43,033 nucleotides of DNA from Phoronis australis (GCA_002633005.1 NMRA01000782.1:1-43033); one strand, 5' to 3'; positions 13,116 to 26,702 are shown, counted from the first letter of the stretch. The notes: generated by a model not told the origin, from the letters alone. A program made the numbers and translations.

Positions 13116-14588
13116 CACGTGTCCCGAAAAGTGACAATTAATTGACCAAATTCGTTAAAATTTTTCTAAATGTATCTTTGGTTTGTCATCAATAAGCTTA
13201 CAAAGTACATGTATCTCCGTGAAATATAAGAAATTATGGAAGAACTGTTAAATTCAAACCAGCGGGACGAAGAATGCAATATCACTGTGACTTTCATCCT
13301 GTTCATGCTCTACTCTCACTAAAAAAACTTCCTGTCTGGATCTCAAGCCTACTGTTTTTTATTGTCAGATCAGTTCTGTTCAATACTCTGGTTTGTTAGG
13401 ATGCCTTTGAGTGAAAGTGATAAATTTACAATTAAAACCTTGTCTCAAGAAGAAAGGGTGGAACGGATAAAGGATCGTAAGGGAGTTCCCAGGAAAAGGG
13501 TGGAGTCATGTGACTGTATTGCTAAAATACGCAACACAGGGTCTGTTGGCTTAATACTGGCAGTGGAAGACCCAAGACTGCATGTTCGAAAGAAAACTAG
13601 GATCGTGTCGAGGAACTAATTCAATCCCTGGAGGACAACCCGTGGAATTGCAAATCTTTGAGACAAGTCGCAAGGGATTTCCAATTGAGCAAGTCTTCTG
13701 TGCAAGGAATGGGGAAAACACTGGAGTTAAAACCCTTCAAAAGTATATGTGTATCCTGGAGAAATCTAAACTTTAGAAGGAACAGAAAAATTCGATGCTG
13801 CTAGTTGCATGACCTCTATTCAGCGACCGATGTGAAAGGAATCATTTTCACTGATGAAAAGGACTTCACGCTAGAAATCACTAAAACCACCAAAACTGTC
13901 GTATTTATGGGAAACAAAAACGAGACATTCAGCCTTGTCGACTCTATCATGAAACTTCCAGATTTCTCAAAAAGTAATGGTTTCCGTATCTTGGGAAGGA
14001 AAAACAAATATTCATTTTATTGACGCTGATACAGCCAAAATTAACAAACAACGTTACATGCAGTTATTGGACGAAAATCTTCCTGATAGCAAGCAACTTT
14101 ATCCTGGAAACAATTACGAGTCTCAGCAAGATGGGTCTCCGTCACACACGAGAAAGATAGCCCAGGCTCATCTGGACGAAGCCACACCAAAATTCATCAA
14201 AAAGGATAAGTGGACTCAGCTTAGTCCTGACTGCAATCCAATTGACTGAAGGAGAAAGTTTACCGGGGAATGAGAGGAAAACTGACTGAGCAGGAGATGG
14301 ACGAAATACGGAAAAGCATTCCTAGTTGGTAAAAAAGCTCCGTTTAGTCGTGACGGAGGCCACAATGACCGTGGACTGAAATAAGCGAGCTTCCCTTTGA
14401 TATTTTATTTTTTGGCCTGATGTTTTTAATTTGTCAGTACTCGCATAATTGGACACAGATCTCCTTGATGGACATCATTTGTTGATAATGTCATTAGGTT
14501 CATCTTTAAGAAATTTGAAAAAAAAACGATTCATCCGTTGCTGTGAAATTTGTTGTTAAAAACTGGCTCACTTTTTGGGACGCCTAAT
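13116..14588 (+). mobile_element. Decayed Tc1/mariner-superfamily transposon, maT (DD37D) type
   Basis: Imperfect TIRs GTGTCCCGAAAAGTGA / TCACTTTTTGGGACGC. Frameshifted transposase with IIFTDEKDF, QQDGSPSH and SPDCNPID; 37 residues counted between the second and third catalytic D. Confidence 0.9.
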
Positions 14589-16193
14589 ATGGGTTGCGAT
14601 TTCGACGCCCAGGCCTCACCCTCCTTACTTTAACAAAATGAGTGCCCCCGGGAGTAGACGTTGGTGGGTTGATCACACGCTACATCACTGACGAACGAAA
14701 GGGTTCAGCAGTCGTATTAGAAATCTCAAAACATGTTAAATTAATAACCCAACGAACTTCCCAAACACGTTGTTGCGCCATTCAGACGGACTGCAATATG
14801 TGTTTTTCCATCAAGCCTCGCAACGTGTGAATTCACTTTCGATTTTTCAACTGATGCCCTCTGAAGAGCCGGTAACCTCGTCTAAACACACTCTGCTTAA
14901 AATTTTAGCCTCCGCGCATTATCGACCCCTCCAACTGCTTAAACGTCAACTTTGGCATATCTTTCAACGACTTTGACTACTTTTTCACCATTGTTTACAT
15001 TAACAGACTAAGCAGATGCATGTGTAGCCTCGTTTTGAAATCCGGTAGTCGGAAGTATGCATGCTTTTGATAATCTCCTGATAGATTAGCCAAAATAAAA
15101 ACGAGTTTTTGGATATACGTTCAATACAATAATCAATGCTTCCTCGAAAACGATCGGTGAAGTCATCTCACAAAGCGAACAGATATTTTAGTTTCTTATT
15201 CTTCCTCAAATGAACCATGTTGGGTCTGCTCCGCTCAGTGGGTCGTTACCTCCAACCAACTTCAATTGTTGGAGAGGGTGCTTTGAGAACCGTTGCACCC
15301 TTTACGGGTGTGGGTTTTGGAAAATTCACATTTCCACCAAGTCATATAGATACTAGAGTAATCAGGCGATGGGCATTTATTCGGGTGAATAAATAAATGC
15401 CAAAAAACATCAATTGCAACGTGTGGAACTTACTGTAAAGCAACTTTCTCAATGTTACATGCGGAGCCGCCTAACTCCTTCCGCGGGGGATTAACGACTG
15501 TCTCAAACGAGTGTCCCATGTCACTTAAGCGCCAAGCCATGCGCTTTCTGACCAACTGTTTTGCCTCACCAATATAGTCATGCAACCCTCAGCGTGATGA
15601 TGTCCGTCGAGTCGTGTATCACATTTCGTGCCATTGTGACGAATTTGGAAATTCGTATACGTTGTCTTTGTTGCAAGTTTAACGCTTTACAACCCAAAAA
15701 TAACCAACAGGGTTCCCAGCCAAACGCCTGGATGGCAGGTTTAAAGTAGATTAGACACTCAACTGGGGTCTAGCAACATAAGGCTTTTGATTTTTGTCTG
15801 ACAAATTTATTTGTTTAATAAGTTGCTCTACCACCCAAATAATCCAGCATTTTCCAACATGTTGAAGACCGTGGAAATCAGTTTTTATATAATTATGCTT
15901 CCAACTTTACAAGTTGAACAAATTTTATCGTCCTGCTCATTCAAGGCTCATATCAAGAAAAATAGCGCGGTCTAGTTACATGTAATTATATGATTGAGAT
16001 TTGAGGTGAGTTATACATATAAAATTCAATTCCGTGCGCAACTCTCAATCATACACTCAATGCGTATGAACCACAAAATCTAATGTACATGTTAAAACAA
16101 AAAATATTTCTCATTTCTCATATATGCACGGTACACACCAAAAAGACAAAGACCCCGAATTTGCCGTCGTGATTGTCAAATTCATTGTTTCAG

Positions 16194-16268
16194 GGGTCTC
16201 TCTCACGACTCAGAAACGATGGGAAATTACAGGAAAGTTAATAAAGTGGCGAATACTGACGGCAGACG
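16194..16268 (+). CDS. Possible additional 75-nt symmetric exon
   Basis: TTGTTTCAG| acceptor and G|GTATTT donor, length divisible by 3, open in phase 1 (VSLTTQKRWEITGKLIKWRILTAD). Weak donor and no motif support; not counted in the 1444-aa model. Confidence 0.3.
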
Positions 16269-16829
16269 GTATTTTGTCTAATTACTCTGGCCTTGTACTG
16301 CAAGAATAGCAAAACCAAGCGTTTAAAAAAATCAGACGTATAAACATGTTTTTCGTATGTACAATTCGTTGATTGTCCGTCTGCTTTTTGTGCGATTTTT
16401 TGTGGTTCAGTTGCTTGATTCTTGTTCGTACATACTATGTTGTGGTTCGATTGTTCGAGCGTGTGATTCTGGCATGCGCATGCGTGTCTACCCAGCAAAA
16501 CCGAAACTTGAATTAGGTCTTGTTTTATTCTCACGTAATTTCCCTTGTCATGATACCTTTATATTTCCGGTATCGGCAAGAAAATAGAGACCACCAGCGA
16601 CCACAGAAAATCCTTAAAGCTTTATTGTGGTTGGCCAAACGTAAAACTGCAAATTTTGAAATGGCACATGTATATATTGAGAGATGGTAACGGAAACGGG
16701 ACGCTAATGACGCTGAAGAATACTGTTCGATCGATTTCATGGGCGCAGCATGCCTAATTCGATTTTTGTATTCTAGTCTGATAAACAGGGAGACGTATAG
16801 GTTTAATTATGCATACAATTATATTTTAG

Positions 16830-17108
16830 ATGAACTAAAAAACGAGGATTGTAGCGGACAATCTTTTAAAGGTACTTCAAGCTCGTCTAGTTGTGCAGCT
16901 TTTTGTGACGTCGCTTATGTGGGTAACGCAACGAACGTCCAGCTAGGAAACGATAACGTTATGAATATTGCTGGTCCAACAAACAAAGAAGACATAGAAA
17001 ACGTTAGGGCCGAACATGAACAAAAGGAATGTTCAATCCCGGAGAAACCGTCTGGCCATGTACAGGGTGTGTCACCAGACGGAAGCACAGAAAGCACAAT
17101 CAATGAAG
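16830..17108 (+). CDS. Coding exon 3 with RHIM-like motif 2
   Basis: TATTTTAG| acceptor, G|GTAATG donor, 279 nt, phase 1-1; contains DVAYVGNATNVQLGNDNVMNI. Confidence 0.85.
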
Positions 17109-17999
17109 GTAATGTTACATATTGTAATGGTTCATGAACTGTATTGTAAAGAGTTATGGCAATGACATTTCACAGTCTCATTAACTAAACATAGTAGCCG
17201 TAAATATGTTACTTTTGCTTCCTCTCACGACCGACATTTTCAAGACGTACACATTTCTTTAAATGACCAATTTTTCATCGTATAAAATTGTAACAGCAGA
17301 TGTACTGATTTCGATGCCCCGGCTGGCGAGTAAGTTCGGGGACGTTATTTTTCAGTACAAGTATGATTATAGATAATACTAAATATTTACTTAAACATAA
17401 TTAGCAAACAGCATCGTCATTGGATAATAAGCATATGCTAGTCATTAATTATCTTTTTAATTGATCTTTTATGGTTTCAATCACCAAAACTGATGTGGAA
17501 ATAACGCATATAGTTGCTCCGCTTAAATTATGGTGGCGGAACATAAAAACCTAGTTGCAACACCAATAAAGTCCATGGCCGAACCAAAAAAACCCATGAC
17601 TCAATGGCAGGACCAAAAATCTTAGCTCTTTGGCTGCAAGCATACCAGTGCGAGCCCGCCAATTTTCTGACTGATGCAGTAGGGCACCCAGTGTTTTCCG
17701 CCATTTTGTCCTGTGTAGCACTCTTCAATATGGCGTCATATTGACAACGCGAGCTGCATGTATCTGAGTGGCGCCCGCCCGGTCTATGTATTAAGATGTC
17801 TATGATTTGAACTAAGTTATCAACGTATCTTTGAGAACTGACCCCAAGTGGATCGCAAGATCCATCCACCGAGTAATAGTACGGGATTGATGTGTAATAT
17901 ATCACAGAATCTTGAGTGAAGTAAGCAGCGTGTTCAATATCAACGCTAATAATAACAAATTCGTAAGTCTGCCTAAATGCAACATCTTTTTTGTTTCAG

Positions 18000-18080
18000 G
18001 TGCCAGTGTTGGTTGTACTGCTGAGCCCGAACCAACAAACCATGCCACATACAATAATTTGCTAGAACGAACACGTGAAG
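18000..18080 (+). CDS. Coding exon 4 (linker)
   Basis: Strong polypyrimidine tract plus TTTCAG|, G|GTAATG donor, 81 nt, phase 1-1, GASVGCTAEPEPTNHATYNNLLERTRE. Confidence 0.8.
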
Positions 18081-18731
18081 GTAATGTATCAATGTACACA
18101 GTTGAAATTTACGGTGTAAACGCGTTGTAGCTTGAAAAGAATGGCTAATCACTACATGTATGGACAAGGACTTGAGGTAGATATTAGGAAATGCCTACAG
18201 GTAGGAGACCTTTGCGTTAAAAGAACTTTTCAGGAATAATAGCAGCATTGTTTCAAAGCAAATCGAATATCCAAAATTCTTTTCTGTTTTCATAGATAAA
18301 AAATTATTACGAAAATACAAAAATCACTAACTGTTAATATTTTTGCAAATTTTTGTCCAGAACAACAATAACTACTCTTTTCAAAAATGGCTCAAACGTG
18401 ACCATTAACAACAATGTGACATTATTCGAAAGGCATTTACATTTTGTCCTCAGTGGTTCACAAAAGGTGAACTATTACTGGTTGACAAATGACACTCGAC
18501 AGACTTCCGTGACAAGGAATAAAGATTTGCCGTATGCTCCCAGCAATTTAGTTACTCTTCATGTACCAGTGGAAATAGTAATTCTACTGGTACATTGTCT
18601 TCGATTTACGTCGAGTGAACGCGTCTATCTGTGGATAAATTAGTTACCTAAGTGGTTGGAAGTTTAGTCTCTGTCTCTGAGAGCCTCAAGTCTGTTACAT
18701 GTGACGTATTAGAGACACAATTCACGAGAAA

Positions 18732-18890
18732 CCTGGCGCGCGTTCAGTAGACGCTAGGACCTACGCTAGGACCTAGCTAAAACCTAGTCACAGTCACGTG
18801 TTCTCATTTAAAATACACGGCAATATCTCACGTAATCTCTCGAAGTCTTGCTTTTTAGCGAGGTCCTAGCGTTACTGAACGGGAGGCTGG
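18732..18890. mobile_element. Short MITE, family B copy 2
   Basis: TIR CGTTCAGTAGACGCTAGGACCT / AGGTCCTAGCGTTACTGAACG; related to 6311-6463. Confidence 0.8.
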
Positions 18891-19269
18891 ATTTCTTCGA
18901 ATGAGTTCCTGTGGTGGTACCTACATATTACTTCCATGGAGGTCCACTCAGCTGATTTGTTTACTTGAACTGAATGGAACGTGCATCACAGCAAGTTGTT
19001 GAATTGATACTTGTATTCTAGTCTTTTCTGCAGTAAAAATCCACGAGTGTGCGTCTCTGAATATACGTGCAATACATGTACATGTATGAGCCTGATAGAC
19101 CTATAGACCGACGTTGAACACAAATCAAGGAAAATATATGCATGTTTGTATTTCGTGGTCGTTGTCATGGTGAAAACGTGTACATGAGGGTATGTCTAAG
19201 GAAATAATGGAAATATGTTAACTTGGAAACAAAAAACAACTGTGAAAGGTTCGGTTCTCTGGTAACTCG

Positions 19270-19668
19270 TACCGGGATTTTCCGTACAGTGTAGATAAGC
19301 CCTGCCGATGAAACACCCATCGTCGCGTAGTCGGAAAATTATGCCGAATAAACGTCTATGGTTTTGCAACTTCTGGTGCAAAGTGTCCAGATAGTGAGGC
19401 ATTATTGGGAAAATTTCTTTTTCAAAGCCCAGTAAGAGTCAACTTTTTGTCACACATTCAATTTTGTAAACCATATATTATTTACAAAAACGAACAGTGT
19501 TTATTAACAAAAATTTTAAAAACAGTTTTAAGTAAACTACGACTTTCCGTTTACGCGCCCTCCTTTTCAAAATAGAGGCCCGGGCGTATATTTGGTGTCA
19601 CTAAAACGACTGGAATTTTTCATTTTACAAAAACACGCCCATCCGCTTATCCACAGAAAATCCCGGTA
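19270..19668. mobile_element. MITE, TA-flanked (Tc1/mariner/pogo type)
   Basis: TACCGGGATTTTC...GATAAGC and GCTTATC...GAAAATCCCGGTA inverted termini. Confidence 0.8.
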
Positions 19669-19718
19669 GTGTGGACGGACAGTTATCTCCCTTTAAAACT
19701 GATGTTTTACTTTTGCAG

Positions 19719-19769
19719 CCGCTAATCATTTGGGGAACAGAATGTTGGATTTGATGCAGTACCTTGATA
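19719..19769 (+). CDS. Coding exon 5 (51-nt mini-exon)
   Basis: TTTTACTTTTGCAG| acceptor, A|GTGAGT donor, phase 1-1, AANHLGNRMLDLMQYLD. Confidence 0.7.
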
Positions 19770-20709
19770 GTGAGTAAAATGTTTTGTTTGGATAGAAGGT
19801 GGCTCAGTCATGACAAAATTGTTCAATTTGCGTGTGGGGTTATCGTGCACTCGCTAGTGGCCTGGAAAAGTGTCTTTAACGAAGTTTTTATTATTTTTCA
19901 TTTATTTCGATACATAATGGACATCGTTTTGTTTAGTAGCATATATACATTTTTTGATATTCATATACCCGTAGACTGGCGTTCAACTGAACTTTTCACC
20001 AAAATTATGAGATTTGATCGGCAGACTATGCAGGGAGGATCACTAGATTACTGAACTCAAAGCCTCCTTAGTGCTGTTGTCACGAGAAATTAAAGAAATG
20101 AACAACTTTTTTTTAATGAGAACCTCTAATATACACTACCTCTGTAGAGTTAAGGAGAGCTCATTTTGTATTTGTTCAAACACGATACTTGGATTTATGA
20201 ATCTTTAAAAAGCAATTTTTGTTATTTTTGTAAATGGCCACTGATTGCCACTACACCAGACTTGTCATCTTTTGTTATCATACCAGAACTGATTGATCAT
20301 GCTACGTTTAAAATTTAATGAAAACTACCTTTATGCAATGAAACTACAAAAAAATGAAGTTTATCAGAGGGTTGGCCTAACGACGCGACCCACTGTACTT
20401 TCCTCGGGGAATCCGAGCAGTTGTGACCTACTTCTCATTTGGCGAAACTTAGCAGACTGCGGACTAAAAATATCGGAGAATCTTCTCTGATTTTGTTCGA
20501 ACTATCCTGAAATTTATGGCGTCGTGCAGATAATTCGACTTGAAGGTACATACCCAGCTTTACATGAACATGTCGCATCAGTGGCCTTGCCAGTTTTCAA
20601 GTGAACTCCGTGTGGGGTTCTTCGGATTATCGCTGGCCGGCTCCGAAGTACTTTTCCTCAAAAACTTACTTTTTCATCGTCGCCTATGCAAATTCCCAAA
20701 TCATGAGCG

Positions 20710-20805
20710 TACGATTCTCAGCTGAAAAACTGTTGTCTTTGTCGAAGCGTTTTTGTAACATACGATTCTCAGCTGAAAAGCTGTTTTCTTTGTCGAAGCA
20801 ATTTT
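20710..20805. repeat. Tandem duplication, 51-bp period x 2
   Basis: TACGATTCTCAGCTGAAAA.CTGTT.TCTTTGTCGAAGC at 20710 and 20761. Confidence 0.9.
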
Positions 20806-21439
20806 GGAAAGTGCAAAAAACACTCATCGACTCCACCTGGAAAGCCGTTTAGGGAGTGTATTTGCCTCTGACATCTTGTTTGTTTGTCGGGTGTCACATG
20901 GCTTCTTGCAAGGGGGCGGAACTTGCGATTGGTAAATTATAATTTGAGTGCAAAGGAGCACGTTTTGCGGTTCACGTCAAAAATTGACCTACCGGTATAC
21001 GTTTTGACTCTCCCTAGCGCAATGATTTTATTGCACAGGCGTCTTGAGAACATCTCTGACTGACACTGGTGACCCGTTGCATGAATCAGTCCCAATAGGG
21101 CTACTCCCTAAATTTTTGGCACGTATTTGAAGACTTTTTTTGCTTTGTTTTCAAGAAAATGATATGGGACAATCAGGTACCGTAGTAGCGTTCTGCAGAC
21201 TTGATTTCTCGAGAGAAGTGCAAGATCTTGCAAGGCGCGAGTGAAAAGCAAGTACTACTCCAGTATACTAGCCTGTCACGGCTAAATGACAACCACTAAA
21301 GCGATATTAGTTGGCGAGGTTCAAATATTTATGGGATAGAATTCATGAATTATGGGATTGAATTTGATGTTTCCGTTCCATAAGAAGTTTATGGTCGCAA
21401 GCGCTATAACCATGCCCAATGCTTACAATGACACTCAAA

Positions 21440-22134
21440 AAGGGGGTCATTCTGATGTGTCCCAAGTTCTACGTGTCCCGGGATATACCTGCCTCGTTTT
21501 ATGCATATCGGGGTTCTATGTGTCCTGGATTTTATGTGATCAATTTTCTGTGCATCGGAAGAGTTCTATACTGCGCATGTCCCGGGTTCTGTGTGTCCCG
21601 GTTTGGTAGTGGTGATTGACCGCTGTAGAGAATGTTCTAACTGCATGTACACATGTATTTGATTGCCATCATACGGGCGCGACATTCAGTGGGTTTTCCG
21701 GATGCTTCTTTCAAATACACGCATTATGCACACAATTTCTCCAGGCGGACGATGGTTAATTTCATACCGGGCTTCATGTGTCCCAGGCCATTGTTCGACC
21801 AGCCAAGAAAATCAACATAAGATTGCCGTTTGAGACCAAGTCAAAGGAGTACTGTCAAGATCCAGCTTGCATTCGAAAATCCCGGAGGGCATTGCTTGCT
21901 CTGACAACGACCAGGATCAGAATTGTTACGTGGACCTAAAATGACGATTGTTGCTACTGTACCTTTCCCACTCTTTTGCTTAGCGCCTGGACTATAAAGA
22001 CCGGAAAACAAAGAACCGGGACACATAGAACCCGAAGTTCACAACGCGGGACACATAGAGCACCGGAGACATAGAATCCGGGACACATTGAACCCGGAAC
22101 ACAAAGTACCCGGGACGCAATGCTACGCACCCCT
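21440..22134. mobile_element. Foldback-like non-autonomous element with arms of about 17-bp tandem repeats in inverted orientation
   Basis: The left arm has GTCCCGGGTTCT(A/G)TGT-type units (21455-21605). The right arm has the reverse complement CCGGGACACATAGAAC x about 6 (22010-22120). GGGG...CCCC termini. Confidence 0.7.
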
Positions 22135-23390
22135 CGAGAGGAATATTTTGTTTACATTTATACTGATCGTCTATTTCCAATACCTGAGAAATTGTCCAAA
22201 ATGGAAAAACGTACAACTGAAATCGTTGACCATATTTGTCTCGATATTGGAGAAAATGACTTGTTGGAATACGCATACACAGCAGATCGTAGCTAAAATT
22301 TACCAAATGGCCTAGCTTTCGAGATGTACGACAGACTATAATGCTAATGATAGAGGTTGAGTTTGAAACTTTGAGTGGCAACTCAATTATCAGTTGAGCC
22401 AGGTGTACAGGTGTAGACTACGAAAACGTAGGTGACGCTTTCATTTCAAGGTACACATCATTTGAACACGTAGAGTTACAGTTTATTTCTGTCTTCTTCA
22501 TTTTTCTGAGATAAACATTTATTTAATTGCAAAATATTCATTCTAATTTCATGTTGCTCCTTTTTTGAACAAGAGTTGTACTATTAACAATGCAAAATGC
22601 TATGCTAGAATGACATGTGAGTTGAGAGCCAAGATGATAGACGATTCCTGTGTGTATACATTCCCACTAATTGATTGGTTGCATTTTTGTTTGACTGACG
22701 TGTTAGAACTGTCCATTTGGAACTGAACGCAAAAAAATGTCGACCAGTGAAGTTATTGCCACGCCTTGCAAGATTCTTGCTGTGCTATCAGCACAGAAAC
22801 GTGGAGTTTTACTAGATTACAGTTTTAAGCTCTATATTACAATGGACATGCAATGTGAAGACCTAAATTGTCACAGCCTCTCAAGTTCCCACAACTTTAA
22901 AACTATGACAATTTCAGGACTGCAGGCCCATATTGTCAGAATTTGTTCAAAGTGTCAAATCATTGTTTGCTTGTGGGTCGGTACTATGACATCCGCAACA
23001 TCAAGAGCAGTAACGTAAACACAGCGGGAGCAGAACCATAAAAACTTGCTGTCTCAAACGACAGTGGCGCGAATGACGTTCAAGATCCAGCCCCAAGGCA
23101 GTTACACAAACGACGCGGGTTAGACACAGTCGGCATTCAAAAGAGACTATTCGGCAACGCTAACTGAGACTATACACGGCATGTACCAGTGCAGTTATCA
23201 AACAGGCAATAAAGCTCTTTAATCCCCATAAGGTTGTCTTCCGCTTACCGAAGCTTTGCCGAAACTTCGCTTACCTTTCACACTTAATAGCGGTATCGAC
23301 GTTATCGCCATGACATCAGATGACGCAGTTCATTTGTACTCTCAAACGAACGGGTTCGAGGCTAACTGAGAAATTTTTGCCTGCCATTTA

Positions 23391-23531
23391 CAGTGACGGA
23401 TTCAGAGGGGGGGCTAAGGGGCCCATGCCTCTCCTAAAATTCTCCCAGATTCCAATTCGGGGGTGCGAATGTCTGACGGGCAAAATTCTAGCTAATAACC
23501 CTCCTAACTCAGAATCCTGGATCTGCCCCTG
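23391..23531. mobile_element. Short MITE, family A copy 2 (CAG..CTG termini)
   Basis: CAGTGACGGATTCAG / CTGGATCTGCCCCTG imperfect TIR; internal similarity to 5200-5345. Confidence 0.75.
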
Positions 23532-25169
23532 ACTTACGAGTGTTTCTGAAAATGATTAAGGTCATTCATCACCTGACATTCTTTCTTTTATTTATTTTCG
23601 TCCGTCTCTTGAGAACACGTCGGCTACGCACCAACAACAAAGAAAACGTTTTGCGAGTCTTGCGTGATCGTATGTCGCTGCTGGGAACTCTACCGATATC
23701 TTGGACGACTCTTCACTTTTAGTTTTCCCTACATCAAAGCTTCGGTTACTATCGAAGCTTCGCTTTCAAATCCTACCATTTTAAGCGAAGTCAGGCCCGT
23801 AGCCAGCATTGCGCGGAGTGTGGTTCGATTTTCTAAAACGGTGGACCTTTGATCGTATTTCGCAAACGTCGGCCATTTTGCAGTAGCGCCCTTAAGCAGC
23901 TAGACCCGGCAGAAAGGAAATCCGTATACAGGACGACGACTCCTGGCGTTTCCATTTTCTTGAGATAAGATGGAATTCGTAGGCCTAATCCAAGAAATGC
24001 CATGACAGCCACACGCAAAAAGGGTCCAAATTCGGTTTTCTTGTGATCCACGAAGTTCTCTTTCTGCTGAGTGCGACCTCTGCCAAATTTTCGAACCACA
24101 TGTGCTTTTAAAAATTAGTGATTATACTCCTTCACATAATCGGAGGGACACATATTCTAAGAGGATGACTTGCAGAATTTTTTTCTGGTTTCTTAAGTTA
24201 CTCCTAGCGTTGGAAATGGGAACAGCCAACTACTCCAATGGTTCACTACAGCAAAAAATGTATGAAAATTCGGACTGAAGTGTAATTTTTCTACTTCCAT
24301 GTGCAAAAATACACACTTCGGTTTCCACGCATTGGCGTACCTAGTAATGATATAGTGAATAACGCCCTGAGGTATTAATAAACTTTAACTGTTTGGGTTT
24401 CTTGCACATGCGAAAGTGGGCCCTAAAGTATATCTTATGGATAAGGAAAAAACATACGTACTTGCATTTTGAAAATGTGAAGTAGGAATATTAATACATT
24501 ATCAAGCAAGATAAATTCATCAAGTCCCTGTCAAGATTGCATTATTTCACAGTCCGACTGAAAAGTTTATCCGCTGCGCTCCAACCTGAGTCACTCACCG
24601 CATCGGAAACATGCCCGTGACCGGGTCAAAACTAACGGTACATGTAGTACGACACCTGATCTTTGCCAGTTTTTACCAAGTCAGAGTGTCACATTTAGTT
24701 TTCCCAAATATAAAACCGCCCGTGCGTCATCGCAACCCTCAGTGAAATGAAATACCACAGTGCCCTCGGTGTTGTCCCTGTTTTGAAAATGTGTCGGCTT
24801 AGATTCAAAAATCGCGATTGTGAATGATTGGAACTTATCTCATTTGCAAACAACGCAATCCATTATTTAAGAACTATTCGTTTTTTGCACACCCTTTAAA
24901 TGATTACTAAATGGACACAGATACAATAGTAAGTTAATGTCAGTCCCGCCTCATCTGCAACAGACATTTAGAGTAGTAAACTCTCGCACTTGTGAACATC
25001 ATGGTTTCCCAATAGTCAGCGTTGGAAGTAGTGGAAATCTCTTCAATCAAATTTGATGCTCGTATGAAGTCTGCGAGGTTGTGCACCATTGGCAATAATT
25101 TACAAGATAAGATTTTTCTTCTTTGACAAAAATTTTTATTAGGCCTAATCCTACTTTTTACGAATAATG

Positions 25170-26290
25170 TGAAAATGCTTGTCGGAATTTTCCCAGTGCA
25201 AGAAAACACGATAGTGAAATGTTTGCTTTTTGAGCAACGACCGCGGCTATTCAAGTTAGTGGAGATTGTCTCCCAATACAAATATCTTGGATTATGTTTT
25301 ACACCAAGATTAGTTTGGTCCAAAGCGACTAAAACTCACGTCAAAGTAGTAAAGCTGCTATGTCTATCACTAAAATTAGAAACCGGTGCACGGAATTACC
25401 ATTGAGTTTATCACTTGAACTGTTTGATAAAATTGATGTGCCAACTATGTGCTACGGTGCGGAAATCTGGGTTTTCAAAGAATATGAATGGTTTGAAAAT
25501 GTATCTGTTAAAAGCTGTAAAATTGCTCTTGGAGATGGAAAACGCAGCTGTATTGGGCGAATGTGGAATTTATCCGCTCTTTGCAAAGTATTATGTCACA
25601 TTTGTAAAATATTGGCTAAAGTTGTTGAAAAATGTCATCCGCTATATACACTAGAGCGGCTTATGAAATTTTAGTTGATTTAGATCAGAATTGGAGAAAT
25701 ACTTGGGTATCTTTTGTTAGACAATTGCTATAAAAATACGGTTTTTATGAAATTTGGTTGAATCAAGGTGTCACATGCGAAGGCTCGTTCTTAAGTATCT
25801 TGGCGCAAAGAATTAATGACTGCTATAAGCAAGGTTGACGATAAGAAATTGAGGATATTGTAAAACTTAAATACTACTGTAACTTTAAAACTCGTTACTG
25901 TTTTGAACCATATCTTAAGTTACCGCTACATAATAGTCTTACTCAAGCTTTTACTCATTCACGTTGCTCCAACCATAGACTACAAGTGGAAGTGGGTAGA
26001 CAGGAGAAAGTGGAATATTATAATATATTACTTTTGGTTTGCAGTGATAGTCTGGTAGAGGATGAAAGCACTTCCTGTTGATTTCCAAGGGCTATAAATA
26101 ATTTTGAACTTAGGTCACGTTGTATGAAAGAACTTCAGTGGAGGCACCCAACTCAAGTTAAACGCCTGCTAATTAAATATGTGTATTCTGCCCTTACAAG
26201 TAGAGAACAACTCTTAAATGGGTTGACTGCGTGCGCAAATGTGCCTGCTTAATTTTTGTTTATTTTACATTGGGCCAGAGGCTTTTAATA
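25170..26290 (+). mobile_element. Non-LTR retrotransposon 3' remnant (RT thumb and C-terminus; RTE-X-like)
   Basis: Frameshifted EIVSQYKYLGLCF, LELFDKIDVPTMCYGAEIW, NAAVLGECGIYPL, VKYWLKLL, EIWLNQ, FEPYL, RCSNHRLQVEVGR and VEDE motifs. Clade assignment is tentative. Confidence 0.85.
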
Positions 26291-26366
26291 CAAATGAACG
26301 TATGACGCAGTTACAAGAATGAAATTTATGTACTTTATGTAATGCGCAATGTTTATGACACGCTAG

Positions 26367-26702
26367 GAAACTGCTGTCCTGCAAAGAGACATTCTGACGA
26401 AGGAAGAATGCAGACTGTGGAAAGGACGATAGTAGAGCAGCAAAATGCAGAGAACTCTCCTCTTCGAAATTCTATTATTAATCTGTCGCATGGACATAGC
26501 CGCGTTATTATTGTTCAACTTGCGTGCATCGAAATAACCTTTGAATGCACGAGTTTGGAAGATGTCAAAGAACTTAAAAGGCAACTTCTGAGTGGTAGTT
26601 TAGATGGACAACTTAAAAGAGCTTTCATGACCGAAGAAGTAATGAAGTTGTCCGAGGGTGTCGATTTCGATATCAGCATCGAAGTTGTTGATAATCTTAC
26701 AA
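26367..26702 (+). CDS. Coding exon 6, TRADD-N-like domain
   Basis: CTAG| acceptor (weak pyrimidine tract), A|GTAAGT donor, 336 nt, phase 1-1. RVIIVQLACIEITFECTSLEDVKELKRQLLSGSLDGQLKRAFMTEEVMKLSEGVDFDISIEV matches the TRADD-N-like pattern (hxhxCxSLExLxxL...SGxLxxxL...hTEE) that I recall from invertebrate proteins. Confidence 0.75.

Noticed and set aside
18353-18643. Third amyloid-like motif (NGSNVTINNNVTL)
   Set aside because: No QxG core, and the nearby acceptor leads to an immediate stop in phase 1.
22600-24100. Short ORFs on both strands as exons or a nested gene
   Set aside because: No consistent splice sites or recognisable motifs; possibly decayed repeat sequence.
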